Source: Trichoplax adhaerens
Taxonomy: Eukaryota; Animalia; Placozoa
DNA length: 64,000 bases
Assembly (NCBI RefSeq): GCF_000150275.1
Contig: NW_002060950.1
Location: 68,679 to 132,678 of the forward strand
Direction of reading: 5' to 3'
In this document: positions 26,490-42,300 of the stretch, in pieces
Numbering within the stretch: position 1 is the first letter of the stretch
Layout: each line of letters begins with the position of its first letter
The notes under the pieces: generated by a model
Told to the model about the DNA's origin: nothing
Seen by the model: the letters and a program-made list of their open reading frames with translations, nothing else
Databases searched by the model: none
Made by a program: the position numbers and the translations under genes

Positions 26490-29400
26490 GTATACTAGCA
26501 TAGTGCTTTATGGGATAAACCTGCATAGTTAAAGTCTCTGGGTAGTGATAATTGCCGAAATTATAACGAATCAGTATCGGATTGAATTTTACTATGAATG
26601 AAATCCGCTCAGACACCCAACTTTTGCTTGCGATTGCGATGCTGAAATATAATTATAGCACTCAATCGGATACTCTGCAGTATAAGTCTTACTTTTTGAT
26701 TCATAAGTAATCATTTTGTCCGTTCCTACGAGTCTTAATTTTAAATACTAAATATGAATCATTTTCATATTAATATCAAGCTCAGATAGTTAAGTATTTG
26801 TATCAGACACGGCGTTTTAAATTATGTACGCTAAAAATAAAACTGAGTACGCTTATAATTTACTTAATGGTATTGATAATACACGGCAATTACTCTAGAA
26901 TTGAACATCATGAGGCAATGGTACCCTATAATTTAATTTTAACATAAATAATTGACTAATATAACATATATAATTAGATGTATCTATAGTAGATTCAGTA
27001 ATAATAATTTCGATGGTGCTGCTGCAGCAATCTGCACGTACAAATTTAATGTACGTTTTTATATTACTTTTTGAAGAAAATTGACATTTATACAGTATTA
27101 TAGTGGTGCTGCGGTGAAGTAATATTTGGATATTGATGTTAAATTAAATTAAAATGGGCCTATGATTAATATTTTTGCTGTTATAGTAGAAAAATGTTAC
27201 AAAAGTTAATTTTCGACAGTTATAATTATTATCTGTTAGTGAATGTTATGGCTTTATTACAGTTTATTATTAAATTATACGAAAATGATTAAAGAATATA
27301 TGTGTCGAATATACGATAATTTTAGTATTTGCAATTAGAAGATACGATTATGGTTAGTCAAGACCAAATCACGAATTTTTTGTGAGTGGTCTCATAAAAC
27401 CACATTCAGACTGTAGCCTGATATCATTAATTTTAGTACTGATACTTTATATGTTTACGTTTAAATGGTACTACCTTATATACCAAATTTACGAAAAGAC
27501 ATTATAACGAAGACTGTAGCTATAAAGACTAGATGTTTGGTAATCAAGATCATAAGGAAGTCTTTGATATTTGGATTGATGCTGCAGATGCTGACTTCGA
27601 CCAATGTTAGCTTAAAATTATATTAGTCACTCTAGAGCATGAAATAGCATGGACACTCTGCAATTGATGAATTTACTATTTCTCGGTAAAGTAGAACAAG
27701 TAAGGTGCGCTGTACTCGGTATAGAAAGCTTCGAGTCTGCGATATTATGCACACTGTGTACGCACCACAGTACTGTCCATACTGCAATCAGTTGACTACA
27801 ATTAATGATACATGCTTATCCTTTTCACATGTAACGAAAGGTGTTCTTCATTAAGCTAGCGCCTGCTATTATCACTAATAAATCACAAGATCAAACACTA
27901 GATAGAGCTGGAATATATTTGATGAAACAAGTGCTTACTTATAGGCAATTATTATATATATATTACCAAAGTGCGAATGGAGTATCAATTATTGAAATCA
28001 ATTTCAAGGATGTAGTTCGTATATGTGTAATTACTGTTCCGTAACGTTTTACCAATATTCCGTAGCTGAGGTTGCTTACATACGCGTATATGTATGACGT
28101 ATACAGTAGTAATATAAGTCACAAAATAAAGTGGATCGATGATGGTATTCCTTTGGTTGCATATTGTGTCATCATGTCAAAATGATTGGAAGGAGTTCGA
28201 TTCAAAAGCGACTAAGACTACTGCGTAGTGCATAGTTTCTGTGAAAGTGTTATCAGCACTATAGCCGAATGTTAACATTCGATAAGCTTTGAAGGATTAT
28301 GATACTATAGAAATTGATATTCCTGCAACTAAGAATGATTTAGCACAATAAGATACAGTATAATCTTATAATATATAAGTATATTGTGCGAGAATAAATT
28401 TATAGCATCTAAAGGTAGATTTATATACTTATTCAAAATGTAACGATGGAGTTGAGATCCTACAGTAATCGAAGATTTAGTAAATTTATTCAACTGTTTA
28501 GATATCGTATCATATTCCGTCTTATGCCGTTTATTTATGTTGTCTGGTCGCTTCGTGATTAAATTATCATGATAACAAAGATGTGATTATGAACGATGGA
28601 ATTATGCCACATATACATATTAGAGATGTGCTATAAACAATGATGTTAAATTATTTGGTTAATAAATAATACAGGCTTTTAATAGCCGTAGTGACTTTAC
28701 GCAACATATAAATCTATTGTTAGCATATTTCGTATATGGGTAAACGGCAGTAGTATGATAGCTGTTACAGTATAATTATCATACCGTAATGCTTTCGTTT
28801 TATCATTGGCAATGTACATTCTTTTATTCATCAGCTGTATCAGGCAATGAAAGTACAAGCAGCATTTAATTTCAGTAACTAAAATACGGATGCACAACCT
28901 AATTATAAAAGTTACTCATATTTTTAATTAAGGATTAACAACGGTATTACTTCATGAAATCCTATTAATTTAATACATTCTGAATCCTATTTAGGTTAGA
29001 TGAACCAAAATTTAATGTCAAATAACTTACACACACAGCTAATAAAATGCTACATTTTAATATGTTAAAAGTTATGGTATTAAAACATTGATACAGACAT
29101 TATGGTTTATTTATCCTGTATTAGACTTTAGGTAAATGGTAAAATTATTTTCATCAACAGTAAATGAGTTCTAAGTGCTGTATTGCTAGCGAGATATCCA
29201 TAACTTACAGCGGCTTTCGCTTATTAATTATAGCCTTACATATCATTAGATAATGCAATTATCTTAACCCACCTCATAATTTCAGTTCGCTTTTATGCCC
29301 TCCTTAGGACCAGTATATGTGTTTTAAGATATAAAGTAAGTGCAATATGTGGCTGAAATATCGCCTGATTATTCATTAATAATGACCAGTCCCGTAAAAT

Positions 29401-29846
29401 GTATTACATGCTAACATTGGCAATTATTGCTTGCTGCTTATGTGCTGAGTACAACACCAAGTAAAACTATAACTCGTACGGTATGGTGTGCGGCAAGTTG
29501 GTTTTTATAAATTGGCATCATTGTTATAACAAGATATTGTAAATTTTTAAATTCGAGATTTCATTGTTACACACGCTGAGACTATATAACTTCAGTAAAA
29601 CTAGTTCTATAATCATATTCTCAAAAATTGAGCTTATTATTAAAATGCTCCATCTATATGAGATTAGTCATCATACCTTTCTATACGTATTTTAATTATA
29701 TTTAACCGATTTAGCAGAGATATAAGATTTAGCATGTCTCATGAGTAAATTTTAAGTGAATATTCTAAAAGTCAAAATATTGCAGTTGGTGAGATTAAAC
29801 AAAGCGCTAAATACTTTTACATTTAATGCTGCTATATTAAACTTGC

Positions 29847-30775
29847 CTATAAATTTCCATGCTGTTCAGCAATATCTCTGATCAGATTTTGAAAAGCATA
29901 GAAAGCAGTTGTTCTGTGGCGGTCTCGCCACATAAATTCGCTTAGATATCCAAGAATTTCTGGAGCATGACAGCATTTCATTGATTTCAATTCCCCTTTG
30001 TTTGATTCCAATAAAATTTGTGTGCTCTATATCCACATCATGCACGGAATCAATGAACCATAACGGATGATTTGCGGTACCATGAGCAGCGACATTCGAT
30101 AGCTGAGCAATAATGCAGTATCCTCTCTATTCGTTAGAATATATCTACAATAATTTCCGGAGTTGTATGCTCCTGAATAATAGATAAGAGCGTGGCAGGA
30201 TTCCTTAGATGTACAATCTGCGCAAAACCTAGTTCGGGTACCTGAGAAATGCTAACCATTCTTAATACCTATATCTCAGAAGTTGTTGGGCGGCCGCGGT
30301 CTTGTTGAACACACTAATTTAAAATTAACTAATTCGTATTGTTTCCTTGTTTTAACAATTGCTGCACTGTCTGCACATCTATAATTTTAAACAAGTTTAT
30401 AAAAAGGACGAAAATCTTCTTGATTGATATTAAAAGAACATTACATCACATGATATTATTTTGGATTTGTGTCTAAACAGATTCATCTACTTTGTATTAC
30501 ACTATCCTATTTCGACCTCAAAGGACAACTTTAGTTTGTAAAAGCTTTCAGAACATACTTCTCTAAACTATCTGTATACATTACAGGCAGTATTATCATC
30601 AATTCCGATGTCTTCGCTGGCTTCTGTTAAAAGATATTCTCTTGACTAATTGTCACAAATTTCGTTTGTGACAATGAATTCTTCTTCTATGATTACCAGT
30701 AAAACCTTCTACCGTATTGTAAATCTGCTACCACGTGTCACTACTTTCACTACCTTCGTGAAGGATCTTAGTCAT
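29847..30775 (-). mobile_element. Decayed Merlin (IS1595/IS1016-like DDE) DNA transposase pseudogene
   Basis: Collinear motifs with stops and frameshifts: *SREY..TEASED; VYR*FREVCS; IQ-VDES-LFRHKSK; RGRPTTSEI*VLRMV..SQVPELGF..IV..RNPATLLSIIQEH; SNE*RGY; ANH..FID; YWN; LKSMKCCH..GYLSEFMWRDRH..AFQNLIRDIAEQ. These match the Merlin consensus QIDES, RGR..WVFG, TLLPII, SD.W..Y, VNH, YL.EFMWR. Confidence 0.85.
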
Positions 30776-33311
30776 CAGCAAGAGTCAGTCTAGAAGTTTA
30801 CTAGGTAATATTACAAAGCTATCTTTATTCAACTGTCGTTCCACTCAGCTTAAATTACTCTCGTCTCTTTTTAAGTACAAATGCACTTCCTTAGATACTT
30901 GTGCCAAATTCCACCTGTACAATCTGTTAATTATTTTCTATACTGTAATATAGTCTTTTTCTATACACTAGTAATTATATTAATAGAGCATATATATGTG
31001 TTAATTAATATATTGTGTCCTAATTTAAATCAGCTTAGTGCCTAACAGATTGCATGAAAGTGTGACAACCGTCATTTTGATTATTACACGTATTTAGAAA
31101 AAGTACGTACTTAACTTAAATCTACGCAGTTGTTAATGGAAATCCATTATCAGTTGAATATTACAATTTTACAATAATATTTACAACTGTCTATCTCTAA
31201 ATCAACTACATTATCACATTTACTGTCTTAAACCATAGCACTAATATAGAATAAGAAGAAGCTATTTCTACAGAAATATAACACAAATGATACATAAAAG
31301 GATATTCATCTAATACATTTAGAGGTGATGTAAAAAGCTAATATACGGTAGCGATAATATTTGGAATAAGTTATTACTGTATCATAAAATATTCGGAACA
31401 TGCTATTTCATATGATAATTAATATATACGTTCGTAATAAATGTGCTCATATGTTAATATGGATGTGATGATGTAATAAAAGGTAATATAATCTATATTA
31501 CGATAATATAGTATATGTATTTGGGATAGGGTTTAAATAAATGAGCGATAGTTAGGTTTCATCCATGGTACAGTATACCTATATGATATTGATTTTACAG
31601 ATACTGTACCGTATCGTAAAGGCAAAAACTTCATCATGGAGAACACTACATGATTATAATTGACGCGACAAAGTGTACAATATGAAAGTTACTATTGCCC
31701 TCGTCGTACGGTGTAATGTTACCGGATGGTATGCTCGCAAATGATGCTTCTGATATGTAGAATCTTAAGGACAAAACCACTCTTAGGAATGGCCGTAACA
31801 TATATATGTATATAATATCTTAGAAAGAGAGAAAACGAGAAGACTACGAGGAGAGCATTGGTTGAAGAATACAGTAGATTGAGCGTACTCCGGATATACT
31901 TATCTTACCTAGCACAACAAATATGGATATTTCCCGTATTAGCTAGGGTACCACTGCACTACGTATTAATTAATAATCCCTGGTACCCTTAAAGTCCATT
32001 TGCCAAAAAAATGTTATACATTTTGTACATTCTTCAATTTTAATTATTTTTCAGTTCCTCAGAGCTTAACTCTCGATAAAGTTCTCAGCCAAGCTTAAGC
32101 TATATTCTCAATTTGGTTCCAAAATATTTTCGAATTTTCACAATAGATTGGGTAGGGTCCATTAGACCCCACTTGCAGCTGAGCGTCGTTATAGTAACAC
32201 TGTGGCTAAGTATACAGTTTAAAGACTAATAAGAACCATTTATTACAGTCAATTGCATCTACTACTTCTTCTGCTAGTATCAATGACCTTTGAGTAATGT
32301 CTAAGAATTACAGCTGGACTAACAAATGCAAATAAGTTACGAAATATGAAACGATGTATAGCTGTTGCATAGAAAGTGATATGACAGCCATTCTGTAAGG
32401 GGTTGTAAAACCCACCACTACAGCTTGGTACAGAACAAACTAACGCTATAGTTTCAAGTTATGAAGTAACATGTACTAAAAGTAGTATCTTCTTTAGGAC
32501 GTACTTTTTCAGATATAAATCTAAACATTAAGTTCACCATTTGGTTAAAGTGAATGGAGATGTAAAACACAACGAGTAATAAAAAAACTCAATAAATTCC
32601 TTAGCCTAGGTGTAGAACGCCGGCGGCGGGTAGCGGCGCAGCTTTACTGCGTATTGTATCATTTAAACTTTACATTATTTAAGGCATATAATTTTTGTAT
32701 TATTGAAATCTTCATGACTAATCACCAATTGTTTTAATTGGAACTTCAATTTTTCTCTCTTGATCGGAAACAAATTCCGCTTGTTATTTTTTGTATCGCA
32801 GTTTTAATGTAAATTATAACTACTTTTATACAAAGAAATTGTACGTGAAAGCACGGTCAAACAAATTGCGTCTGTGAAAACAATAGTTAGTAGTTTATTT
32901 GCATAAGGTAGATATTGTTCAAAGCTTTGCTAAATGACTTATCAGTTCGAATTGTTCGTGTCTTACAATAGCTTTCAATCAGCATCCGATGTTAAGAAAA
33001 CAATAACAAGTACGACAATTTATGGCCTTATATAGGACAACTCTGACGTTTTGCAGTATTACGTAAGCAAGGCTTTAGAGCATCCTTACAAACCGAAAAA
33101 ATTTTCCGATGTAACAAGTTTTCGCAGCTTTTGATCGAAATATATATTCAACATACAGCATCAGATTTAATTGAACTAGTATCGAAACAAGCTAGTTATA
33201 AGTTGATTTTAAATCGATATTTAATACATCTGGATAAAGAACCAAGATTGGATAGAAGTTACAGGTGGTCAAGATTCGTTCAAAGTATCTTCAGCCTGTT
33301 ATACAAGTAGT

Positions 33312-36300
33312 ATGGCCTTGCCTCAATTAATTCTGTGTATTGCGCTGCTATCATGCTCTCACGGTAAGATATTTAATACGATTTTGATATTTCTGTAATA
33401 ATAATTGTAGATCATTAAAGCTAAAATTGTTTCTAGATATAGAATATTTTACAAAAGAGAAACTTTAACATCACTGTAAAAATTTCCAAGTACTAAAAAT
33501 CTATGAACCGGTCATATGAATCATTAATTTCAACTCAACAATTACTTTTGTCTAGGTGCAACCATTATTAACAATATTACACCGACAACAGGCAGCACGG
33601 CAGGAGGCACCCGAGTCACAATTTATGGGGAAGGTAAAATTCGTATATTTGATATACTTCAATCTTTAATATTTCTATTCTAATAGAGACTATGTCCAAT
33701 TATACTGAAATCTATGCATAAACAATATTAAAAGTAATAAAGCTAGAACTATTGCAGTTGCAAACTGATATCCATGCAAACTTATACCTTTCATTTGATT
33801 AACTAGAATTCAGTCAAGATCAATTCAATTATGATGTCCCTTCTCGTGGCAATATCGTATACCTCTCTTCAGATCGAAACTTACTAAGATGTGATGTTAT
33901 CACCTACTTAAGTAACACAAAAAAAATCGTCTGCGATACACGGTAATACATATTAATGTAGACCGCATAATAAAACTACTACTCTTTTTCATTTTTCGAA
34001 AATTATTCGTTCATGATACTTGTAGCTAAGACTACTACGAGCGAACTTCGAATAGTACTTCTCTTCCTATATGTGACTGCTCGATATATACTACTAACTA
34101 CTTCATAGATAACTTTACTATTATTAAATGTAAAGTAGTTGAAGTCTCTAAAATTCTAACTAAAATATTACAGCAGTAACATTGATACTGCTTCGGTGCA
34201 CTGGAAAATATTATATATATACATAGCACTGTCATTTATCCTTTTATAAAATATACTGCATTCTATCGAATTTATTATTGTATGGACCATACAGAATATC
34301 TTGCATCAACTTCGACTTTAATATGCAATAGTGCGCAATTTACGTGGTCATGAATATGCCAGATTTTTGGATAAAAGAAACTTCAGTTATGCTAGCCTCA
34401 GTATTTAATACTGTACGTATTTATATATATATATACCATTATTATTAGTAACCTCTACGTGACAAATAGAGACCCCTAAATTAGTTACGTACGTAATAAA
34501 CAGAAATCTACACCAATAACGTTTACTATGTCTGCCGTAATAGTTTATTCACGTAACCATCTGTGAACCACTATTATAAGTATTATTATTAAAATTATTT
34601 ATTATCCTGGAAAATATAAATGCTGAGATAATTATTCCAATATTAAATGACATTAAGTAATTAATTATCTCATAAGGTATTGCATTACGATCACAAATTA
34701 TCTGTTTAACTATTACTATTACATATTTACATTAGACCTTCACCTTCCTCTGAAGTATATAAATTGATCCTTTTCGTTGACGGTGTAAGAATTTCCGAAA
34801 ATAGTGGAGCATACTGTGGCAGTCAATGTAATTACCAGGTATGTAAACTATATGAAATCGTAAAGTTAATACTGTACGTAATCAAAGCTTTATCCTCTAT
34901 TCAGTTGCATCTTCTAATAGAACTAACTTTTGATGTTAATTCATTCAAGTAAATACTTCGTAGTTATCAACGGCATATTTAACCTACTGTCAACAAATTA
35001 AAATAGTATACAATGCAATGTTCTCATATTTAATTACTGATAAAATAGCAAATGTCAAGGTTAATATACTAATAGTTTGCTTTTCAAAATCATGATAGCA
35101 ATATTTTACATTGGAGCCATAATAATATATTCGATTATACTAACGGGCATACGGAAGTTGCCGTAATTACTGAGAAATACTGTAGAGTATAACATACGAA
35201 AATAACGAAATAATAAACTTAGCCTTAGTTCGTACTATGTTATTTGATAAGGCTGTATTATTACAGATAACCTTTATTATAGTATTATACTGTGCAATAA
35301 TCTCCATAATACTGTACACTAAAACGATTGAGACTCCGCAACCTGTGATATCACCTATAGCCACACGGAAACATCAATAAAATACTTGTAAAGACATAGT
35401 AAATTAATCTTAAAGATTTTGTTATTGCTTTTTAGAATATAAATCATTAAAAATATAAAATGGCTCATAGTTAAGATTTTATCTCAGATATAGTGAAATA
35501 TAATTAATTAATGTGATTCTTCATTTAATGCATCTATTTATCTCATTCTCTACCTTTAGTATTCAGAAAGTGTTTCACCGACTATAACTGCCATATTACC
35601 GAAAAGTGGTTTACCGGGTAAGTGGCGTAGTCAATTTTTGAGAGCAGAATGTATTACAAAATGGATAATTGCCTACTCCTACAAATCACAAGCTAGTTTA
35701 TGTATGTGATGCTCACTGTCAGAATTATTTTACTATTCGCTTCAAAATATACTTTACTTCTTCTATACATAGGAACCATAATAACAGTAAAAGGTCGAAT
35801 TTTTACCAATTCTGTTAACAGTATTCAAGAACTTGAAAACGATGCCACCGATGTCAAGGAGATTGTAAGGTACATTGCACCGTAACGTTATTATGAGAAT
35901 AAAGCAAATGAACCTAGCAGACAGTATTCTAAGAAGAAATTTTTCATTTACTGAATACTCACTCAAAATTCAAAACCATAGTGATAATCTAACTCAAAAT
36001 AGTGTTATTAATTTAAAATTATGGCTTATCTAACGAACCAAAGCTAAATATGTGCGTATTATGCAATCTACAACTCGCACTAATTTAATTATTAATTCTT
36101 TCCGTGTATCTTTTACCACTGATAGATTATATTTTGGCAGCACCAGCATTTGCAATCCAATTGATCCGTCCACAAATGATGTGTATGGAGTATTAAATTT
36201 ATTTTTCATGATACAGAAACCAATCATAATGATAATTTGTTCGATGTTGAATACCGCAATTGTTCCCACCCCAATACAAATAATTTTGCCTGAAATTTAA

Positions 36301-39300
36301 GTGATTTTATAATGAAATTATCTACTATCATAGATACGGCACTGCAATGAATTCTGAAACATCTACCGAAGGCTACATCAAATGCAAGCTATCAACCACA
36401 ATAATCGGTAAATATAAGTTTTAGCTATAAGGAATAATTTCATCAGGGTTTGAGATTGACGGACTAATTAAAAAAATCCTTAGATTCAATCAATGGATCA
36501 TTTATCATTTCTACTCTGGGAAGGTAAAATAATATTATTTTAAATACTATAGCAAATACATAACAGCTGTTACTACCAGTTATATGTGTAAGGCATCTAT
36601 TACATAGCGATTAATGCGAAAAAAGTAATGAGACTTTGTATGCTAATAGATCTATACGAACTAACAAGGCACTAGTCGCGGACTCCCACCTAAATTTACA
36701 CCTGTTTCAAACTCATGCTGGTAATAATTAATTGCCGTTTATTACTGTATTAAGCAATTAACTAGAAATGATCTTTGCGAATGAAGCAATCACTATCTAT
36801 ACAATAACTTTGTAATGTAGCGAGGTCACGATTGTTAGGGGTATCATCTTGATTGTAATTAATTATACACGTATAGCTATAAAAATTTACTAACAAGGTG
36901 TAGTGCAGCCCAAATATAGCTTAAGATTATATACAGTATGTGTGAATATCGTGCATGACGTAATTACTAGGCTAATTAAGATAGATACGCTTGTATAGGT
37001 GCTAGATCGTAGAGTGAGATTAAATATGTGAGGATTTGTATCAGTAATTGCAATACGGATTGTAAAAGTTATTAGTCATACTGTTTGGCACCTCCAGGTA
37101 CGCTAGAGGTGTGATGTTAGCCTTATTAAGGTAGATAATGATTTATGTGTCACGAAGATACTCTGTACACAATTGTATATAAGCAGGAGATTTTATCTCC
37201 GAAGACAGAGTAGCCATAGATAATCTAGTCCTTGGTAGAAGACGTAATTATTGTAATAAAGTGATTTTCCTTCAAGTTTTGGAAGTCGTTGCGTTTCGAT
37301 AGACACATTATTACACAAGGGTACGATATTTATAAACCGCTTTCTTCTAATACTCTTGTAGCAATCTCAAATATCATTCCAAATGTGGGTAGCACAGAAG
37401 GCGGAACAACTGTTAAGATAATGGGTCAGCATTTGGGTAGCTATCCAAACAACACCCGTGTCGTAATAGGAAATGTAGATTGCCAAGTTGTCAATATTAG
37501 CAGTAATTTAATAACCTGCATTACAGGAAAATCATCAGCGCCTTCGGAAATGTATTCAGGTAATAGTCGTATTAATTTCTAATCACGCAAGGTACAGTAA
37601 GAGGCAAAGAAGCATGAGCATTCCGCTAAAGCTTTTAGCGATCTTAAATAATCACTAAAATTATTCATTTAAAGTGTATAAAATTTGATAGCTCTAGCTA
37701 GGCTGCGAAGATATACTGGATATTAACCTATAGACTAAACATATGTAGGAAATAGAGGTATGCTTCGTGAGATATGGCTATCCAGCTTTCCTAGTACACT
37801 ATCAGCGATTAGCAACTTAAATTCGACATCAGCTGATTATCGGTCGGAAATTGTCCCTACCGCTGCTATGCCAACATCAGCTTCTTTTAATGAATCTATC
37901 CGATACAGCCAGCGACTTTCCGGCTACTTTGTTGCTCCAAAGAATGATGATTACTCCTTTTTGATAAAATCTGACGACGACAGCGAACTATATTTCAGTA
38001 CCTCTGAAAGTGCAAAGAATAAGGTACAGCAATTGACTGCATCAGACGGTACTATTAGATGAATTACATTACCTCCTCTAAAATATTTAGTTCATGCCGT
38101 CTCTGGCCTAATGTACGAGTTTTACGTATAAGAAATACTAATAATTCACCCTATTAGCAGAGATTAATTGAGAGGTTGCACCGTATAACGGTATAATTTC
38201 GCTCAAAAACAACAGATAAATACTATTGTTCTTTTCAATTAAAGTTTTTAGCCCTCGAGCATAAAATGAATTCGATTATAAGACTTGCTCTTCGTTTATC
38301 TTCAAACTATAGGTAAAAATTGCATCTTGTCCGTCATGGTCTAGCACCTGGGATAAGTATTCAACGCAGAGGTCAAAGAAATTGAGCCTTAAAGCTGGAA
38401 AAATGTATTACATAGAGGCTCTTCATAGGCAACGTTATTCCCATGCGGACCTTCAAATTGGAGTGCATATCCATAACACTAGATACCTAGAAGCACAAAC
38501 TGGCCAAGCTATAAACGAACTGCAACAAATTGTTGAAACTACTATCGTCCAGAAAGAAATACAGGTAAGAATGTATTTCAAAGCCGTATCTTCTTTCAAT
38601 TTTATATTATTTGAAAGTAATTTCCATTAGCGATATTGAACTATTAAATCGGTGTTTGTAAGTGAAATACTATTTCATTACTGCTAGAAATGTAAATAGT
38701 ACTAAGCCTTTTAACGTTGCCGTTTACTCACTGAACCAATCTTGATCCTATTTATTTTATGTAGATTCTAACTATCAATAATTGGGATAACGGAACACTC
38801 TCTGAAAAGCAAGAACTCTACGTTCCTTTCTGCTTGACTGGAAACTACTTTCAAATCATTTACAATAATGAATCAAAGGAAAACGAATCAATACCTTACT
38901 GCGAATACTTAAATAGTTATAGGCTAATATTTAACGGCATGGAAACTAAAAAAATACATCCTAACACTACGGCTAAAGGCTTGGCCAAAGCATTAAATAA
39001 TCTAAGCACCGTCAAAGCTATAGGATACCTAACCGTGATAAAATATCACAATTCCACCGGTAATAAGTACATTATCGAATTTCCAATCAATTTAGGGCCC
39101 CAAAACATGATAAAAGTTAGTACACCAAATTACAATGAGACCATTACGATTACGGAAATACGTAAAGGTAGAGCACCTTTACTTGAATTTTCGCTTGATT
39201 GGGGCGGTCAAATCTCAGATCCGGTTCAATTTGATATAACTGCCAAAAATCTACAGGCTAACTTACAGTGGTGGTTTGGAACATGGTGCCTTTATTTAAA

Positions 39301-42300
39301 TGCTGACCCATCCGGAAAATCGCATCCAATACCCACTGCTTATTTTTATCAAGATTACGAAGGCACCAATTCTAGTTCTGAGTCCGGAAAACGGGTTGCT
39401 GACGTTCTGGCTAGATGTGGCAGGAAATCATTAAAAAATCCATATTATATCTTCCGTGCTGGCCACACTCGTGATACTAGTGGCAAGACCAAATCTGGCT
39501 TTGATGTGCAGAGAAGCAGATATGTAAGCAGTAAATCAAGCAAACATTACAGCTAACAGCAAGCCAACGTAATCATTTAAATCACTTCTACTGGCTGTCA
39601 GAATATAGCAGAAATGTCATAAAATTATAGCATTTGGTAATTATATTTATTACTGATATTAATCAATTTTTTCCTACATAGGTCTGCTTTTCTTACAAAG
39701 GCTTAATTAAAGATTCCGTAACTTTTAAGATCGAATATCAAAATGACGCGGGCGACACTTATCAATCCTGGAGAAGCTACCAATTTACTGCAATACAGGA
39801 CAATAAGTGGCATGATGCCTGCATAGACATAGTGGAAAAAATAAATAGTGATAGCGGCTATTTTAGCAAACGGGCATCCATCTACACAAAATATATTGTT
39901 AATGAAGTCCGAGTCTACAAGCTGAACGGAGATCTATATATTGATGACACTTACATCGGCAAAATCAAGCCCTGGAGTATGTGTAGTATCCACTTAAGCC
40001 GATGTGTAATTAACTTTAACTTTGTTCATTGAGCACATAATATAAGAAATAGATAAGTTGTACTGCTGCCGATACATCCAAGTAAGCGAATAATTGATAG
40101 TGTATTCTTTTTTATGCCACAGTCTATACCTATCGAGCCGCTGCTCAGCCTAATGGAGCGATCATTGAGACCGTTAAAGTAAAGAAGTTGAGTGCTGGGT
40201 CATTTGAAATTGAAATGAAACCATTTGCATGTGCTCACAATTTAGGACTTATAAAGGTTGCTCACTCAACAATTACTCAAACTAAAGAAAATTCCAAAAT
40301 TTATCGCGGAGATAAATGGCACGGCAATGCTACCGTTACTGTTACAAGGTCTGTATATTTGTGTATCTATCTTGCACACAAAAGATGCCATTGAATGTCT
40401 CTAAAACAGAAAGAATTATTTGAAATCCACATCTGTACAGCAGCTCTACATAGCAATTTGTAATCGTATGGAGCTAAGCTACTATAGCAATCTAGTCTTA
40501 TTTTGTGATATTCATGGCTGCATTTATTTTACAGGACACGAGCTGCAAGCCCGCCAATCGGAGGAACTTTCGACCTTAGCTTTCAGGGCAATACCATCAA
40601 TAATATCAAAGCAGATGTCAGTGCCGTCGAAATGAAAAACCTTTTAGAATCTAACTTCAATATTGGCGTTGTTCAAATAGAGCGTAGTGGCTCTTGCTCC
40701 GGTTATCGGTGGAACATTAAATGGATGTCGCAAGGCGGCGACAGGGCAGCTATTGACATAAAAGGGTCCTCTCTTACTGGTCTTTCACCAAAAGTTAACT
40801 CGCATACTTTAAGTGACGGGGGCATCTTCTTACGCCCAATTCCTGGTGATATGCTTCGAACCGCATCTCTTTTACCTCAGGCAAGACTTAGCTTACGAGT
40901 ATTTTATGATGCTTTCTTAAGTACGAATTTATTTCTTTAATAAGTTGAAAGGGTGTAGTTAAATTAGGTAGAAAAATTACTGAAAAATACAAAACTTTTA
41001 ATGACTAAATTTTAAAGCATGTATTTAATTTTTACAGGCTGTGGTAAATATTAATCGGATACCATCACTCTGCACAGGAGACTGTGTATACCAATACCAA
41101 TTATCGTCAACGCCTACAGTTACTGGTATAACCCCAACTTCTGGCACAGGTGGCTTAAATCATTTAGGAACGGAGATAAAAATTTTCGGCACGGGTTTCG
41201 GCACCTCCGTAGCAGCAGTAACTGTAAAGATCGGAAAAGTAAATTGTTACGTAACGAAATGTGCTGACAATAACATCACTTGTCACGCTGGAATAAGCTC
41301 TGGGGGCCTTCGTCTTGTGGAAGTCACAATAACTAATAAAGGTAATTGAGGCTTTAATAGCCAACGAAACCCGCTTAATTTTGTATCATCAGGATTACAA
41401 AAGCGGTAATTGATAGTCCTAGTGTGGAACACAACTTTTAAAACATTAAAAGAAATTAATCGTAAAAATGAAAATCATAAGCTAGTGTCGGAAAAACAGA
41501 ATTATTTCTAACAATTGGACCATAGTCAGGTCTAGACCATACTATTTCTACGATTTAAAACAGGATAAATTTCAGATATATCGCTAAATTAAAATGTTGG
41601 ACATTTATAGAATTGTCAATAATCGTGATAGTTCTTACACAATGTCAAATGAGATTTGTGTAGGAACTACCACAATCATTGCCAATATTCTGTAAATTCT
41701 GCTGAAATATTATATTTATGCCTACAAACTATACACGCTTTGAAAGTATGAGGCATTAAAAATTATAATTACTTTAATAGAATTTAATAGATTTATTCCA
41801 TGTTAGCCCATTAGAATAAGACTATCAAGATCTTTAATGTGATTACGATATCTAATAATGTCTTTAGGTAGAGCTCGCCATATGTCTAATATTCCGACTA
41901 ATGCGCAAGGAATCTACTTCCAGTACCCAGTCTTGATAACCAATATCACACCTTCAGAAGGTAGTGCAGGCGGTGGAACGATCTTGACCTTAAGCGGTAA
42001 TGGTTTTAGTTCTGTAACTGGAGAAATTGCAATAACTGTCGGTGGAGTAGAGTGTTCTGTAATCGGAAAGAAATCAAACATAACATCTGTGGCATGCATA
42101 ACTGGTCAATACTCGCAAGTAGCCCCGGCTGCGGTAGATGTTATTGTTTCCGTTAAAGACGTCAATGCAACAGTCGTTAGTGGTTATACATACAAAAACA
42201 CAGGCGAAATTACCTCCTTTAGTCCGAATAAGGGCAGCGTCCTAGGTAAGTAAAAGAATGTAAATCAATTAAGCATATTCTGATCAAAACATTTCTTAGC

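Noticed and set aside
28125-28185. KVDR*WYSFGCIL resembling kinase subdomain IX
   Set aside because: A single short match with a stop; no other kinase subdomains found nearby.
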